Source: a virus (taxonomy: Duplodnaviria; Caudoviricetes). From it: a stretch of DNA of 64,000 bases. The position numbers were made by a program, and so were the translations under genes. This document shows positions 9,934 to 19,480 of the stretch, piece after piece (the stretch's first letter is position 1; the number at the start of each line of letters is the position of its first letter). Under the pieces are notes generated by a model. It saw only the letters and a list, made by a program, of their open reading frames with translations. It was not told the DNA's origin and made no database searches. The stretch is from the IMG/VR virus record IMGVR_UViG_3300027708_000015; one strand, 5' to 3'.

Positions 9934-10822
9934 AATTAAAATTATAGAACAAGATATTATTTTTCTCAGCTATGACGAACCTAATGCTGAAAAAAATTAT
10001 GCAGATTTATTAGCCAAAGTGCCATGGGCTAAACGTGTACACGGAGTTAAAGGTAGTGATGCCGCCCACAAAGCCTGCGCCAAACTAAGCGAAACAGAAT
10101 ACTTTGTTACTGTAGACGCAGATAACATTGTAGATCCCAAGTTTTTAGAAGTAGAAATTGATCTGGATGAATTGGGTCTGACTAAGGAAAATGTTTTCAG
10201 TTGGTGCGGCAAGATTCATGTCAATGGACTCATGTATGGTAACGGTGGCCTTAAACTATGGACACGTAAGTTTGTTAACGAAATGCGCACTCACGAAAAT
10301 TCTGTAGTAGATGATGTAAAGGGTAGAGTAGAATTTTGTTTTGATGATCGTTACTATCAATTCAATGACAATTATTCAGAGAGCTATACCAATGCAACAC
10401 CATTTCAAGCATGGCGGGCAGGATTCCGTGAAGGTGTTAAGATGAGTCTTAATCAGGGAATAAAAACAAATGATGTAAAAAAAGTGTGGTGGCAAAATTA
10501 TCATAGGCTACTTGTTTGGTGCACAGTTGGAGCAGATGTTGAACATGGTGTTTGGTCAATATTGGGAGCAAGAGAAGGGTGTTACATGACCATGTTTACA
10601 GATTGGGATTATGCCAATGTTAGAGATTTTGAATGGTTGACAAATCATTGGGAAACTACTCATGAGCAAGCAGAGCCAGAAAAAATTACAGAATATATAA
10701 ATTTTCTAGGCAAGTATCTTATGAAACATAGTGAGTTAGAAATTGCCAACCTAGATCCAGCCGGTAGTAAGTTCTTCAAGACAGTGTATCAAAACACTCC
10801 TAGGATTTTAAGAAGAAGATAA
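9926..10822 (+). CDS. GT-A (GT2-like) glycosyltransferase
   Basis: DIIFLSYDEP..AHKACA..FVTVDADN (DxD); YGNGGLKLW; AWRAGFREG. Confidence 0.7.
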   Translation: MDKIKIIEQDIIFLSYDEPNAEKNYADLLAKVPWAKRVHGVKGSDAAHKACAKLSETEYFVTVDADNIVDPKFLEVEIDLDELGLTKENVFSWCGKIHVNGLMYGNGGLKLWTRKFVNEMRTHENSVVDDVKGRVEFCFDDRYYQFNDNYSESYTNATPFQAWRAGFREGVKMSLNQGIKTNDVKKVWWQNYHRLLVWCTVGADVEHGVWSILGAREGCYMTMFTDWDYANVRDFEWLTNHWETTHEQAEPEKITEYINFLGKYLMKHSELEIANLDPAGSKFFKTVYQNTPRILRRR

Positions 10823-11502
10823 TGTACGACATAGTATTCATATCTTATAACGAACCTGATGCAGAAGAAAATTTTGCCAGTCTAAAGGCACGATTTCCTA
10901 GAGTCAAACGTGTCAGCGGAGTTAAGGGAATTCATCAAGCACACATAGCTGCCGCCAAGAAATGCTTTACTCGTATGTTTTGGGTAGTGGATGGCGATGC
11001 TGTTATTCTAAATGATTTTAATTTTGATTATAAAGTACCCGATGACGAGTTAGATGTAGTTCATGTTTGGCGCAGTATAAATCCTATTAATAGTTTGAGT
11101 TATGGATACGGTGGTGCAAAACTTCTACCAAAACAATTAACCATCAATATGGATACAACTACTACTGACATGACCATGAGCATTAGCAGTAAGTTTAAAG
11201 CAATGCCAGAGATCAGTAATATCACAGCATTTAATACAGATGCATACAGTACCTGGCGTAGCGCCTTTAGAGAGTGTTGTAAACTAGCAGTAATTAACAA
11301 TGAAGAATCGTTAGCTAGATTAGACGTATGGTGCCAACTAAATGACTCTGCTCCTTATGGATTTTATGCCTATTCAGGCGCACTTGTGGGGCAAGCATAC
11401 GGTGAAAAAAATGCCTCCGATAAAGAGGCATTATCTAAGATAAATGATTTTACTTGGCTAGAAGCTCTGTGGCTAGCGGAAAAATCTCAGCTATCACTTT
11501 AG
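10822..11502 (+). CDS. GT-A (GT2-like) glycosyltransferase, paralogue of 9926..10822
   Basis: DIVFISYNEP..AHIAAA..FWVVDGDA; YGYGGAKL; TWRSAFRE. Confidence 0.7.
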   Translation: MYDIVFISYNEPDAEENFASLKARFPRVKRVSGVKGIHQAHIAAAKKCFTRMFWVVDGDAVILNDFNFDYKVPDDELDVVHVWRSINPINSLSYGYGGAKLLPKQLTINMDTTTTDMTMSISSKFKAMPEISNITAFNTDAYSTWRSAFRECCKLAVINNEESLARLDVWCQLNDSAPYGFYAYSGALVGQAYGEKNASDKEALSKINDFTWLEALWLAEKSQLSL

Positions 11503-12118
11503 CACAAGCAATGGCAACTTCTTGATGCTCTTTCTGTGTACCATTAGCACTACGCAATTCAATAAAGTGAATCCAACTACGCAGTGTTCCGTTCATATAT
11601 AACCGACTTTCAATAAGCCCTTCTGGTAAGACAGCACGAGCTTGTTCCTTTGCTATACCATTAGCGATAGCCCACTCGTACTCTCTTTGTGCGGCATATA
11701 TAACTCTTTTTTGAGCACGTTCCCATTCGTTCTGTAGCAGTTGATCTTCGACTGGGATACTGTTTTGTCTATTGGCAGTGTCTTGGAGTCGTGCTTCTCG
11801 CAATACAAACGACAGGTCTTTAGTAGGATCAGCATATCGCTGACTGAATTCTTGAAAGCTGAAGCTACGATGTCTGAGGATCTGTCGTGCAATATCTCTG
11901 GTGGTGGTAATTTCGATACAGGCGGAGACCATTTCGAGTGGGCTCCAGTGTTGGTGTTTGACCAAGTATCTGATGAGTTTGTCGGATGTTTCTGTGTTAA
12001 GTTGATTGCTTGGATTGGACACACGGGCGCAATACGCAATGAGTTCCTGTGCATCTTCAATGCCAATATCTGCGAATTCCTGTGTGGGTTGGGAGTAACT
12101 GAGTAATCGAACATGCAT
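11450..12118 (-). CDS. thyX: Flavin-dependent thymidylate synthase
   Basis: ThyX signature RHRSFSFQEFSQRY; HWSPLE; EQARAVLP. Confidence 0.95.
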   Translation of the reverse strand: MHVRLLSYSQPTQEFADIGIEDAQELIAYCARVSNPSNQLNTETSDKLIRYLVKHQHWSPLEMVSACIEITTTRDIARQILRHRSFSFQEFSQRYADPTKDLSFVLREARLQDTANRQNSIPVEDQLLQNEWERAQKRVIYAAQREYEWAIANGIAKEQARAVLPEGLIESRLYMNGTLRSWIHFIELRSANGTQKEHQEVAIACAKVIAEIFPLATELLAK

Positions 12119-12121
12119 TAT

Positions 12122-12445
12122 TTATAACTTCTTTTTCTTTAAAAATTGTTGAGTTAGTTTTTCCATATCCTTACGAATACGATCTGTATCTAACTTGAAG
12201 TCAACATTATGTATATTGTCTTCATAGTTTTGACACACTTCGGCTAGATTTTTTTCAAAAGACCCCCATCCCTCACGGCGTGTCTTAGCTGTTATTTTTA
12301 TTTCCCAAGTTTTACCATCTTTAAAATTGACCAAAACGGTATGGAGATACCTAAGAGGCATTACATTCAAATATACCTCACCAAATACTTCTGGCCAATG
12401 TGCGATAACATCCTTGGGAAGATTTCGTCTTCCCGATTTTGTCAC
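12122..12445 (-). CDS. Hypothetical protein
   Basis: 107 aa ORF coupled to its neighbours. Confidence 0.55.
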   Translation of the reverse strand: MTKSGRRNLPKDVIAHWPEVFGEVYLNVMPLRYLHTVLVNFKDGKTWEIKITAKTRREGWGSFEKNLAEVCQNYEDNIHNVDFKLDTDRIRKDMEKLTQQFLKKKKL

Positions 12446-13059
12446 GCAGTATCTTTAACCGTTTTCTTTACTGTAGGAGCAAGTTCTTCAGCTTTACGAC
12501 GCATTGCCGCCGCCTGTTTAGCTAGAGCATCTGCTTGACTACGATAGTGTTTGGCTTCAGCTTCTGGACTATCAAATGTCAACGGAGCACTGGCTGTGAC
12601 TGTAGGTGCTACTGAAGCTTCCAATACTGGTGCTTTGGTTACATCAGCATCTTTGCTAGGAATATTGGAATCTTTCATAGCTAGATCATCTACTGCTACA
12701 CCACGTTGTTCAGCAATAATTTGATTCAATTCGGATAGTGCAATAGCAACACCCGGAGTCGGAGTCATCTCAATATTGCTAGTGGGAGCCTTGATCAAAC
12801 GACCCGATGCGTGTAACGCTGGCAACATAGTCGATCCATCTGGGAACTGTGTGCGAGCCAATGCGTCTGCAAATTCAGTTGCATCCTGACCGGTTCCACT
12901 TTCGACCAAATTAATAATGGCGTCATGATAAATGTCAGGTAAATTCTCTGTTGGGATAATCAAGCAACTATACGCATCACCTGGTAATGTACGATACGCC
13001 ACTATACATTTTTTATTAGTGGCTTTGACACGTGCCACGTGTTTGAGTTCTTTAGCCAT
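12442..13059 (-). CDS. Hypothetical protein
   Basis: 205 aa ORF with GGAG SD; C-terminal coiled-coil-like segment. Confidence 0.6.
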   Translation of the reverse strand: MAKELKHVARVKATNKKCIVAYRTLPGDAYSCLIIPTENLPDIYHDAIINLVESGTGQDATEFADALARTQFPDGSTMLPALHASGRLIKAPTSNIEMTPTPGVAIALSELNQIIAEQRGVAVDDLAMKDSNIPSKDADVTKAPVLEASVAPTVTASAPLTFDSPEAEAKHYRSQADALAKQAAAMRRKAEELAPTVKKTVKDTA

Positions 13060-13060
13060 A

Positions 13061-13318
13061 TTATGCTCCGGTAGCAGGTGCTGTAGCAGGTGCTGGTTGT
13101 TGTGTTCCGTCGGCGGGTTGTTGTTTAGCGACCAGTTCTAAGAATGCTGTCAACTTGTTGTAAGTTTGGCCAACTGCAACCATTTCATTGGGTTTGAATG
13201 CGCCACGTGAGCTAGCAATATCAATAATAACTTTCATGGCGTTAAGATCGTTAATAGTTAGATCTGTGCCAGAAGCTGTTGGATCTGCTTGCTGTGGTGT
13301 TTGTGCTGTATCAGTCAT
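13061..13318 (-). CDS. Hypothetical protein
   Basis: 85 aa ORF, AGGAG SD; Q/P/A-rich ends. Confidence 0.55.
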   Translation of the reverse strand: MTDTAQTPQQADPTASGTDLTINDLNAMKVIIDIASSRGAFKPNEMVAVGQTYNKLTAFLELVAKQQPADGTQQPAPATAPATGA

Positions 13319-13351
13319 GGTATCTCCTTAATATAATCTGTACGTATATAA

Positions 13352-13639
13352 TTATCTCTGTGATAAATGTGGACAGGCAATCGTGAAAAAACTTAATTCT
13401 TTTTCACTTTCAAAACCTATCTGTGTATTGTATACAATAGTGTTGGTGTTGTCTAAAGCAATTCCTTGCCCTATATAGTACCTATTATTTAAATGATGTC
13501 GTATCCATAGATCTATGGATTTGAGCATTGTTGGATTGTATCGATCCAAGTATGTGTACTTGAAATGCGGACAGGCAAATTCAACCCTCCGTAGACCAAA
13601 ATAGTTTAGAGGATTTGGTTTGCCTGTCTTCAGTGCCAT
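13352..13639 (-). CDS. Hypothetical protein
   Basis: 95 aa ORF, TAATG-coupled to the VWA gene. Confidence 0.55.
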   Translation of the reverse strand: MALKTGKPNPLNYFGLRRVEFACPHFKYTYLDRYNPTMLKSIDLWIRHHLNNRYYIGQGIALDNTNTIVYNTQIGFESEKELSFFTIACPHLSQR

Positions 13640-14823
13640 TACACTGATACCTTAGCTTGTTCGTAATAAGCATATTCTCCAAAAGGTGGAACAATCTTAT
13701 CATTGCCGTGGATGATGAATACTGTGTCGCAGTAATTTTCATCACCCCAACTGCCCCAGGGGTAACCGTCTGTGAACATGATAAACTTCTTAGGCTGAAT
13801 GTCGTGTTCTTTCATGTAGTCCCAGTTGACATCAAATTCAGTACCACCACCGCCCATTGGTTCGTAGTGATCGAACTCGTCCATGGAGTATCCGTCAAAA
13901 TCTGCTTCGTTGTATACACTAGTATCAAAGCACCATACTTTAATTTTAAAGTCTTGGTACTCCTGCATAATACCTTTGATCTCACTCAAGAAATCTTTGG
14001 CTTGCTCGTCACCGATTGATCCTGACATGTCAATACTTACACAGATGTCAATAGTCTCTTGGAATTGTGTGCCGGGTAATACTGCACCAATGTGCCAACC
14101 TTTACGGTTAGGGCGCATAAAAGAATAATCGTTCTTGATAATACTTTGTATTTGTTGACGAAGAATTTCACGCCAATTCATCTTTGGCTCTGTTAATTCT
14201 TTGATCATACGTTGTATACTAGCAGGAGTGTTACCAGCGCCTGCGGCCTGTGCGGCCTGAATAGTAGCTTCACGCATTTCGTCACGGATTTCTTTTAATT
14301 CTTCTTTAGTATAGCTGGGACGACCGTCCTTGCCTTCTGAACCCCAGTCGATATGTTCATCAAGCAGTTGACCCAATGCTTCAAGTTGTTTCTTATCCAT
14401 TTCATCAAAAATACGATCATACACTTCTTCTGCACCCATACCGTAGTATTTGGCATCGTGAAAGATTTTGATATCTGGAATTTGATGATCACCAATATGA
14501 TCTCGGACCAATTGTCCATTTACACAGTAGTCAGCGGCAATGTTAAAAATCTGGGGATCACGGCCTTCGCGACGCCCCATGTGATCAAACACATTGTGTA
14601 GGATTTCATGTGCAATTACAAACTCTACTTGTTTGACAGTAAGTTTTTCGAAAAACTCACGACAGAAGAAGATATGGCGTCCGTCAGTTGCGGCAGTAGG
14701 TAACCATTTTTCTGCTTCTTGTATTTTTAGGCGTGTAGCCATATTGCCAAAAAACGGATGTTTCAAAAGCAAACTAACACGAGCTACAATAATTTTGTCT
14801 ATGACCGGATCTGTATGCGACAT
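13639..14823 (-). CDS. Metallopeptidase-like plus VWA domain protein (DUF2201-type), MoxR partner
   Basis: TAATDG, HEILH (HExxH), C-terminal DMSGS MIDAS motif, GGGGTEF, FTDG. Confidence 0.85.
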   Translation of the reverse strand: MSHTDPVIDKIIVARVSLLLKHPFFGNMATRLKIQEAEKWLPTAATDGRHIFFCREFFEKLTVKQVEFVIAHEILHNVFDHMGRREGRDPQIFNIAADYCVNGQLVRDHIGDHQIPDIKIFHDAKYYGMGAEEVYDRIFDEMDKKQLEALGQLLDEHIDWGSEGKDGRPSYTKEELKEIRDEMREATIQAAQAAGAGNTPASIQRMIKELTEPKMNWREILRQQIQSIIKNDYSFMRPNRKGWHIGAVLPGTQFQETIDICVSIDMSGSIGDEQAKDFLSEIKGIMQEYQDFKIKVWCFDTSVYNEADFDGYSMDEFDHYEPMGGGGTEFDVNWDYMKEHDIQPKKFIMFTDGYPWGSWGDENYCDTVFIIHGNDKIVPPFGEYAYYEQAKVSV

Positions 14824-14852
14824 TTCTGCTCCTAATTTTTTACTATAAGTAT

Positions 14853-14881
14853 ATTATAACACCTCCCGAAGGAGGTGTCAA
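14853..14881 (-). promoter_or_regulatory. Consensus sigma70 promoter TTGACA-17-TATAAT whose spacer is a UUCG-capped hairpin
   Basis: Minus strand TTGACACCTCCTTCGGGAGGTGTTATAAT; 8-bp stem 14859-14866 / 14871-14878. Confidence 0.8.
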
Positions 14882-14887
14882 CCAATC

Positions 14888-15979
14888 TTATTTCTCTGTG
14901 GCTTGTGCAATATACTTACCAAACTTTTGGTGGAAAGCGTCAAAACATTTAATTTCATCCGGATCTAATGGCAACTTATAAGTGCTTAGTGCCAATTTAG
15001 TGCCCATAATAACCAACTCAGTTTCGAAATTGTTCATCAAGAATTCGAAAAAGTTGTTAGTCATGTCGTTCCAATTTTTGGCTTTCTTGTCACATGCGTC
15101 TTTGAGCTCGTAGCACAATGATACAGTCAATGAATACATTGCTGAAATTTCTTTCGAGTCCATTTTCTTAACCTTGCCTGACAAGATATCTTGCGGGTTA
15201 GGCATTTTGCTGGCATGTTTGCGGTGTGCCATAAACTTCACAGCCAGACCTTCACCTACAGAACCTGACACTAAATCGGTTAGTGTGTCATTGTCGCAGT
15301 CGTCATCTGTAAGCAATTCGCTAACGAACGACCAAGAGCGTGGAGTAGCAAATGAGCGTGAGCTAGATTTTGGATCAAAATCATACAAGTCTTTCTTGCT
15401 AAAGGTCAAGTATCCAATAACATCTGGATGGATATTGTTGTCTACGGCCCAGTCAAAGTAGTCATCCCAATCTACAGCCATTTCCAAGTGAACAAAACGG
15501 TTTGCCAACGGACTTGGCATACGATATGATACACCTTTGTCTGTTTCACGGTTGCCTGCGGCAACCATCACTACATTGTCTGGCAGTTCATAAGTACCGC
15601 ATTTACGATTAAGAACCAGTTGATAAGCCGCGGCTTGTACGCTGGGAGCGGCGCTGTTCAATTCATCCATGAACAAGATGATAGTTTTGTGATTTTTAGC
15701 AAACTCTTTGCTAGGCAATTCTGAAGGAGGAGCCCATTTCATTGTGCCATCGATTGAGTCAAAGTATGGAATACCTTTGATGTCTGTTGGTTCCCATAGA
15801 CTCAAACGGATATCGATAACATGGGCATCAAGTTCTGTACCCAATTGTTTGATAATATCTGACTTGCCAATACCCGGAGGACCCCAGATAAAGATAGGAC
15901 GTTTTGTATTAAACGCCTTACGAAGACTTTTCTTTGCACCCTTTGGGCCTACTGTACGGGTTACTAGTTCTGATGCCAT
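14888..15979 (-). CDS. MoxR-family AAA+ ATPase
   Basis: Walker A GPPGIGKS; Walker B LFMDELN; AAGNR; PLANRF; FATPRSW. Confidence 0.9.
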   Translation of the reverse strand: MASELVTRTVGPKGAKKSLRKAFNTKRPIFIWGPPGIGKSDIIKQLGTELDAHVIDIRLSLWEPTDIKGIPYFDSIDGTMKWAPPSELPSKEFAKNHKTIILFMDELNSAAPSVQAAAYQLVLNRKCGTYELPDNVVMVAAGNRETDKGVSYRMPSPLANRFVHLEMAVDWDDYFDWAVDNNIHPDVIGYLTFSKKDLYDFDPKSSSRSFATPRSWSFVSELLTDDDCDNDTLTDLVSGSVGEGLAVKFMAHRKHASKMPNPQDILSGKVKKMDSKEISAMYSLTVSLCYELKDACDKKAKNWNDMTNNFFEFLMNNFETELVIMGTKLALSTYKLPLDPDEIKCFDAFHQKFGKYIAQATEK

Positions 15980-16027
15980 TTTGTTTCCTATCTTAAGTTG
16001 GGATTAAATTTGTTACGCTATGTAAGT

Positions 16028-16056
16028 ATTATAGCACCAACTAGACCTTATGTCAA
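16028..16056 (-). promoter_or_regulatory. Consensus sigma70 promoter TTGACA-17-TATAAT upstream of the MoxR gene
   Basis: Perfect -35/-10 boxes with 17-bp spacer. Confidence 0.8.
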
Positions 16057-16451
16057 TTAGAATTTAGATCTTTTTCACGCTCTTTCATGGCTTTTATTAG
16101 TCCAAATTTTCTAATGTCGTCACTAAACAACATAAGCTCAAAATTCTTGCGCTCTGTGAACACAGTGATTGAAAGGGGAGTTAGATAGTAAGGACAGTCC
16201 AAATATCTTTCCAAAAATATAATAGTTTGGGGGCTCAGCTCAATTGGTTCGGTAAATGGCACTTCGTAAGCTCTAAGTTCCAAATCGTTAACCAAAAAGG
16301 CATATCCGTCGTCACTTAATCTAAATGCGGTTTGTTTGCCTGCACGATTACTTTGCCACCAGTTGCGTGAGTACAACTTTACATTTACATCGTCTGTTGT
16401 TTTGCCCCACTGCTGTAAAAATATCTTAGTGTAGGCATCCTGTGTCATCAT
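16053..16451 (-). CDS. Hypothetical protein
   Basis: 132 aa ORF coupled to 16448..16732. Confidence 0.55.
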   Translation of the reverse strand: MMTQDAYTKIFLQQWGKTTDDVNVKLYSRNWWQSNRAGKQTAFRLSDDGYAFLVNDLELRAYEVPFTEPIELSPQTIIFLERYLDCPYYLTPLSITVFTERKNFELMLFSDDIRKFGLIKAMKEREKDLNSN

Positions 16452-16732
16452 TTTAGTATAGTGCCCTGAGTAAGGGTAATCACTTGAAAATCTTCACAGC
16501 CAAACATGAGATTTAATTTTTTGGCTAGATTAAGAGCATGCCCTGGATTAGAGAATGAAACTTTTTTGTATTTTGGTCCAGGATAGGAGGTAAGACTATT
16601 GAAACTTTTCAAATTGAATGGCTCGTTCTTGTAGAACACAGCCCAAATGGCTTCAGCTTCTAAAATCTGTTCAGATTTGTAAGTTTTTTTATTTGTGTAC
16701 TCTAACAGTACTTTTGGCTTAGGTCTAGACAT
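16448..16732 (-). CDS. Hypothetical protein
   Basis: 94 aa ORF downstream of a GATAAATA motif. Confidence 0.55.
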   Translation of the reverse strand: MSRPKPKVLLEYTNKKTYKSEQILEAEAIWAVFYKNEPFNLKSFNSLTSYPGPKYKKVSFSNPGHALNLAKKLNLMFGCEDFQVITLTQGTILK

Positions 16733-16759
16733 AGTGCGTATCCTAGTAATATACGCATA

Positions 16760-16767
16760 TATTTATC
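16760..16767 (-). promoter_or_regulatory. T4-like late promoter (GATAAATA)
   Basis: Recurrent motif in an intergenic gap. Confidence 0.5.
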
Positions 16768-16769
16768 TT

Positions 16770-17342
16770 CTATTCAGTGTATAAACCAGGCTTTAATTCA
16801 GTATCCATGTTCCATGAAATAATGGTTTTACGCTTTGTACTGCTGTTAATAGGTGCTCTATGTATAACATAACTTGGGAATGTTAAAATGTCGCCTTCTT
16901 TAACATCAAACTCTCCGATAGTAGTTTGATTGTATGGATCTATGAATTGTGTTTTAGGACAATCATACGGAAGTTCTAAGAAGTATACATTAGTCCAGTT
17001 GCTTCCGTGTACATGCCAACCGTGTAATGAATTTTGTTCATACTGCTGAAACCAAATTTCTCTAAGTTTAAATTCAGCATACCCTAACATATCGGTTACT
17101 TGCTGAAGATGTGCCAATAGTGATGGCTTAATAACTTGCAACCAGGGTCGATTGTAATCCCATCGACTAGTATTCCAGTCGCATCGGGTAATATCAACGG
17201 CGTCTTCAGTTTCAACTAATCGATCAAATTCTTTTTGATTGTTAATCTCATTAAGGATTTGATTTTTAAGTTCTAAGTGGTCTTTGAATTCGCCAATAAC
17301 ATATGGGCTATTAAGATTTATTTTCTTCAAAGCCACCGCCAT
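16770..17342 (-). CDS. 2OG-Fe(II) oxygenase-like (double-stranded beta-helix) protein
   Basis: WFQQY..HGWHVH..VYFL..GDILTFPSYVIHRAP..RKTIISWN pattern. Confidence 0.75.
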   Translation of the reverse strand: MAVALKKINLNSPYVIGEFKDHLELKNQILNEINNQKEFDRLVETEDAVDITRCDWNTSRWDYNRPWLQVIKPSLLAHLQQVTDMLGYAEFKLREIWFQQYEQNSLHGWHVHGSNWTNVYFLELPYDCPKTQFIDPYNQTTIGEFDVKEGDILTFPSYVIHRAPINSSTKRKTIISWNMDTELKPGLYTE

Positions 17343-17562
17343 CTATTTCAATTTGCACTTCTTCTTGCTGTACATGACTCTTCAAAGCATTAAACATGCT
17401 TTCATAGTCTTGTCGTACCTGTTCCATCAGTTCAACAAGGGCCAAATTCATTAGTCTAGCCTGTTGAATGGGAATCTTTACTTCTTTGCTTTGTGAAAGT
17501 TCTGCGGCACGTAAGAGATGTGCAAACTGTGTAATAGGTGTTAAATTAATCTGATTTTGCAT
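17311..17562 (-). CDS. Hypothetical protein
   Basis: 83 aa ORF ending IEIDGGGFEE. Confidence 0.5.
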   Translation of the reverse strand: MQNQINLTPITQFAHLLRAAELSQSKEVKIPIQQARLMNLALVELMEQVRQDYESMFNALKSHVQQEEVQIEIDGGGFEENKS

Positions 17563-18025
17563 TGGCTAGCACCTGTTTCATCTCAAGTTCATCTTTGAAA
17601 GGACCACGATAGTCATTTCGTTCCAATGTTATTAGTTTTGGACAGAATGATTTTACCCAACCTTTATTGAATCTAATAGTGTAATAGCCTGCACAATACA
17701 AGCTCTTGCTAGCATTGCTCTTGGTAAACAGGGGTAGTTTGTTGCGTACATCATACATGGCATTGAATGGTTTACCGCTGGTTGGAAATCCATGGCATTC
17801 ATGTACGTCTGGCGCAGTAACTTTGATTTTGGTGCTGGTCAAAAAGAACCCTTCACCAAAATGTTTAGTTATGTCTTGTTTTTTATTAAACATAACTTCA
17901 CCTGTAGTACTGCTCAGTACAAATTTGTTATTTTCTTTTTTGTGTAATGTTGCGACCTTAGAGCCGTCTTGCTCCACGATCCAAAATTTACCATCCACAA
18001 TAGGCTTGGCGTGTAATTCGGTCAT
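17546..18025 (-). CDS. Hypothetical protein
   Basis: 159 aa ORF with AAGGAG SD. Confidence 0.6.
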   Translation of the reverse strand: MTELHAKPIVDGKFWIVEQDGSKVATLHKKENNKFVLSSTTGEVMFNKKQDITKHFGEGFFLTSTKIKVTAPDVHECHGFPTSGKPFNAMYDVRNKLPLFTKSNASKSLYCAGYYTIRFNKGWVKSFCPKLITLERNDYRGPFKDELEMKQVLANAKSD

Positions 18026-18083
18026 TTGTTTCTCCTTATATACTCAGCCCCGGAGGCACTTGAGTAATGTATGTATTTATCTC

Positions 18084-19070
18084 TCATTGTTGTGGATATT
18101 TGGCCTGGAATGGCTCTGCATACTGCTGAATGTTGTCTGAAATTTTCTTCATATCCCACGCATTACAGAACTTCAGCAAGCGAATTCCTACCTGATCTAC
18201 CGCCTTGGGCACAGCATTAGACTGTACAGTTTCACGTATTTTAGCCTTGATCTCATCAGGTTGTGCTGTGAGATCGCATAGTTGTACATTGCGTTGATAG
18301 TCTTCCAACACACGATGTTCTAAACCGTTGTGGTCGACCCAACGTTGGAGCATGAGATTGTTCCAATTATATCCGCGAGTCTTACGATCGGAAAATGCCT
18401 CTTGGAGACCAACTTTATTCTTTGTGCCTTTCGTTCGTACACCTGGATAAGCCGAAAAGACATTGTCACTTGTGTCACCCCGCATGCATTTCTCGAACAG
18501 CATCCATTCTGGATCTTGTGCAGGCTTAGGCTCGCCAGTCTTTTTGTCTTTAACGGGTTTACCTTTAGCATCAAAGATTCCTTCGTGTGTAATATGCAAA
18601 TCGCCAACACCATTATATTGGCTTACAGTAGGACTTACCAGCTGTGCAAAGTCTCCGTCTGTTGAGATAATAACATGTTTAGCATCTGGGTGTGCTTGGA
18701 CCCAACCAGCAATTAGATCATCTGCTTCTAGATTAGGATGTTGCATCACAGTAGCATTGGTCTTCTCTGACACGAACTTTTTAAATTCGTCAAATGCTTC
18801 CCAGAACAATTTGTCTTCTTCTTGCTGTCGCTCAGTCAGCGCATCTCTTGCTTCTTGTCTATTGGCCTTGTAGGGCTTGTAATGATCTTTACGCCATGAT
18901 CGACCTTCAAGGCAGAATACCACGTGAGTACCACCAAAGTCTTGCCATGCTTTCTTGATACTGTTAAAGGTAATATGAAAGGCCATACCCAGTTTGATGT
19001 CGCTGGAACCTTGCACCACATGTCTAGCACGAAAAAACGTGTTAGCAGTATCAACTATGATGTGTGTCAT
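18084..19070 (-). CDS. rnh: T4-type RNase H / 5'-3' (flap) exonuclease
   Basis: IIVDTAN, EADDLIA, STDGDFAQL and GDTSDNV acidic motifs of the 5' nuclease family. Confidence 0.85.
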   Translation of the reverse strand: MTHIIVDTANTFFRARHVVQGSSDIKLGMAFHITFNSIKKAWQDFGGTHVVFCLEGRSWRKDHYKPYKANRQEARDALTERQQEEDKLFWEAFDEFKKFVSEKTNATVMQHPNLEADDLIAGWVQAHPDAKHVIISTDGDFAQLVSPTVSQYNGVGDLHITHEGIFDAKGKPVKDKKTGEPKPAQDPEWMLFEKCMRGDTSDNVFSAYPGVRTKGTKNKVGLQEAFSDRKTRGYNWNNLMLQRWVDHNGLEHRVLEDYQRNVQLCDLTAQPDEIKAKIRETVQSNAVPKAVDQVGIRLLKFCNAWDMKKISDNIQQYAEPFQAKYPQQ

Positions 19071-19480
19071 TCTATTTGTGCCCTACCATTTGGTAATCTA
19101 CTTACATTAATATAACCACCGATTGTACGACTTGGGTTAGTCTGTCCAGCTTCGGCTAGCATATTGCCTGCCAAATCTCTAAACCAACGATCTACAATCT
19201 CTTCTTCTGGATCACCTTCAAATCCGTATCCAGCTTCCCTTAATTGTACTATAAACTCTGGGTTCCAGTCAAGTTCAAAAAAGCCATTCCGTACATTATC
19301 CTTGTTGACATGTGTGTCCAGCACAGCAACCCACGGCTCGCCTCGCTGTGTGGCACGTTCTTTCGGACCCATTTTAGCATTTTCTTCTGCTTTCTTTGCT
19401 TCAGCGGCTCCGGCCAGTGCCACTTCTTTTTCTTTTAGAATATCATCGATACCTAGCCATTTTCTTAATAATTGTTTCAT
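19067..19480 (-). CDS. Hypothetical protein
   Basis: 137 aa ORF, coupled at both ends. Confidence 0.6.
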   Translation of the reverse strand: MKQLLRKWLGIDDILKEKEVALAGAAEAKKAEENAKMGPKERATQRGEPWVAVLDTHVNKDNVRNGFFELDWNPEFIVQLREAGYGFEGDPEEEIVDRWFRDLAGNMLAEAGQTNPSRTIGGYINVSRLPNGRAQIE

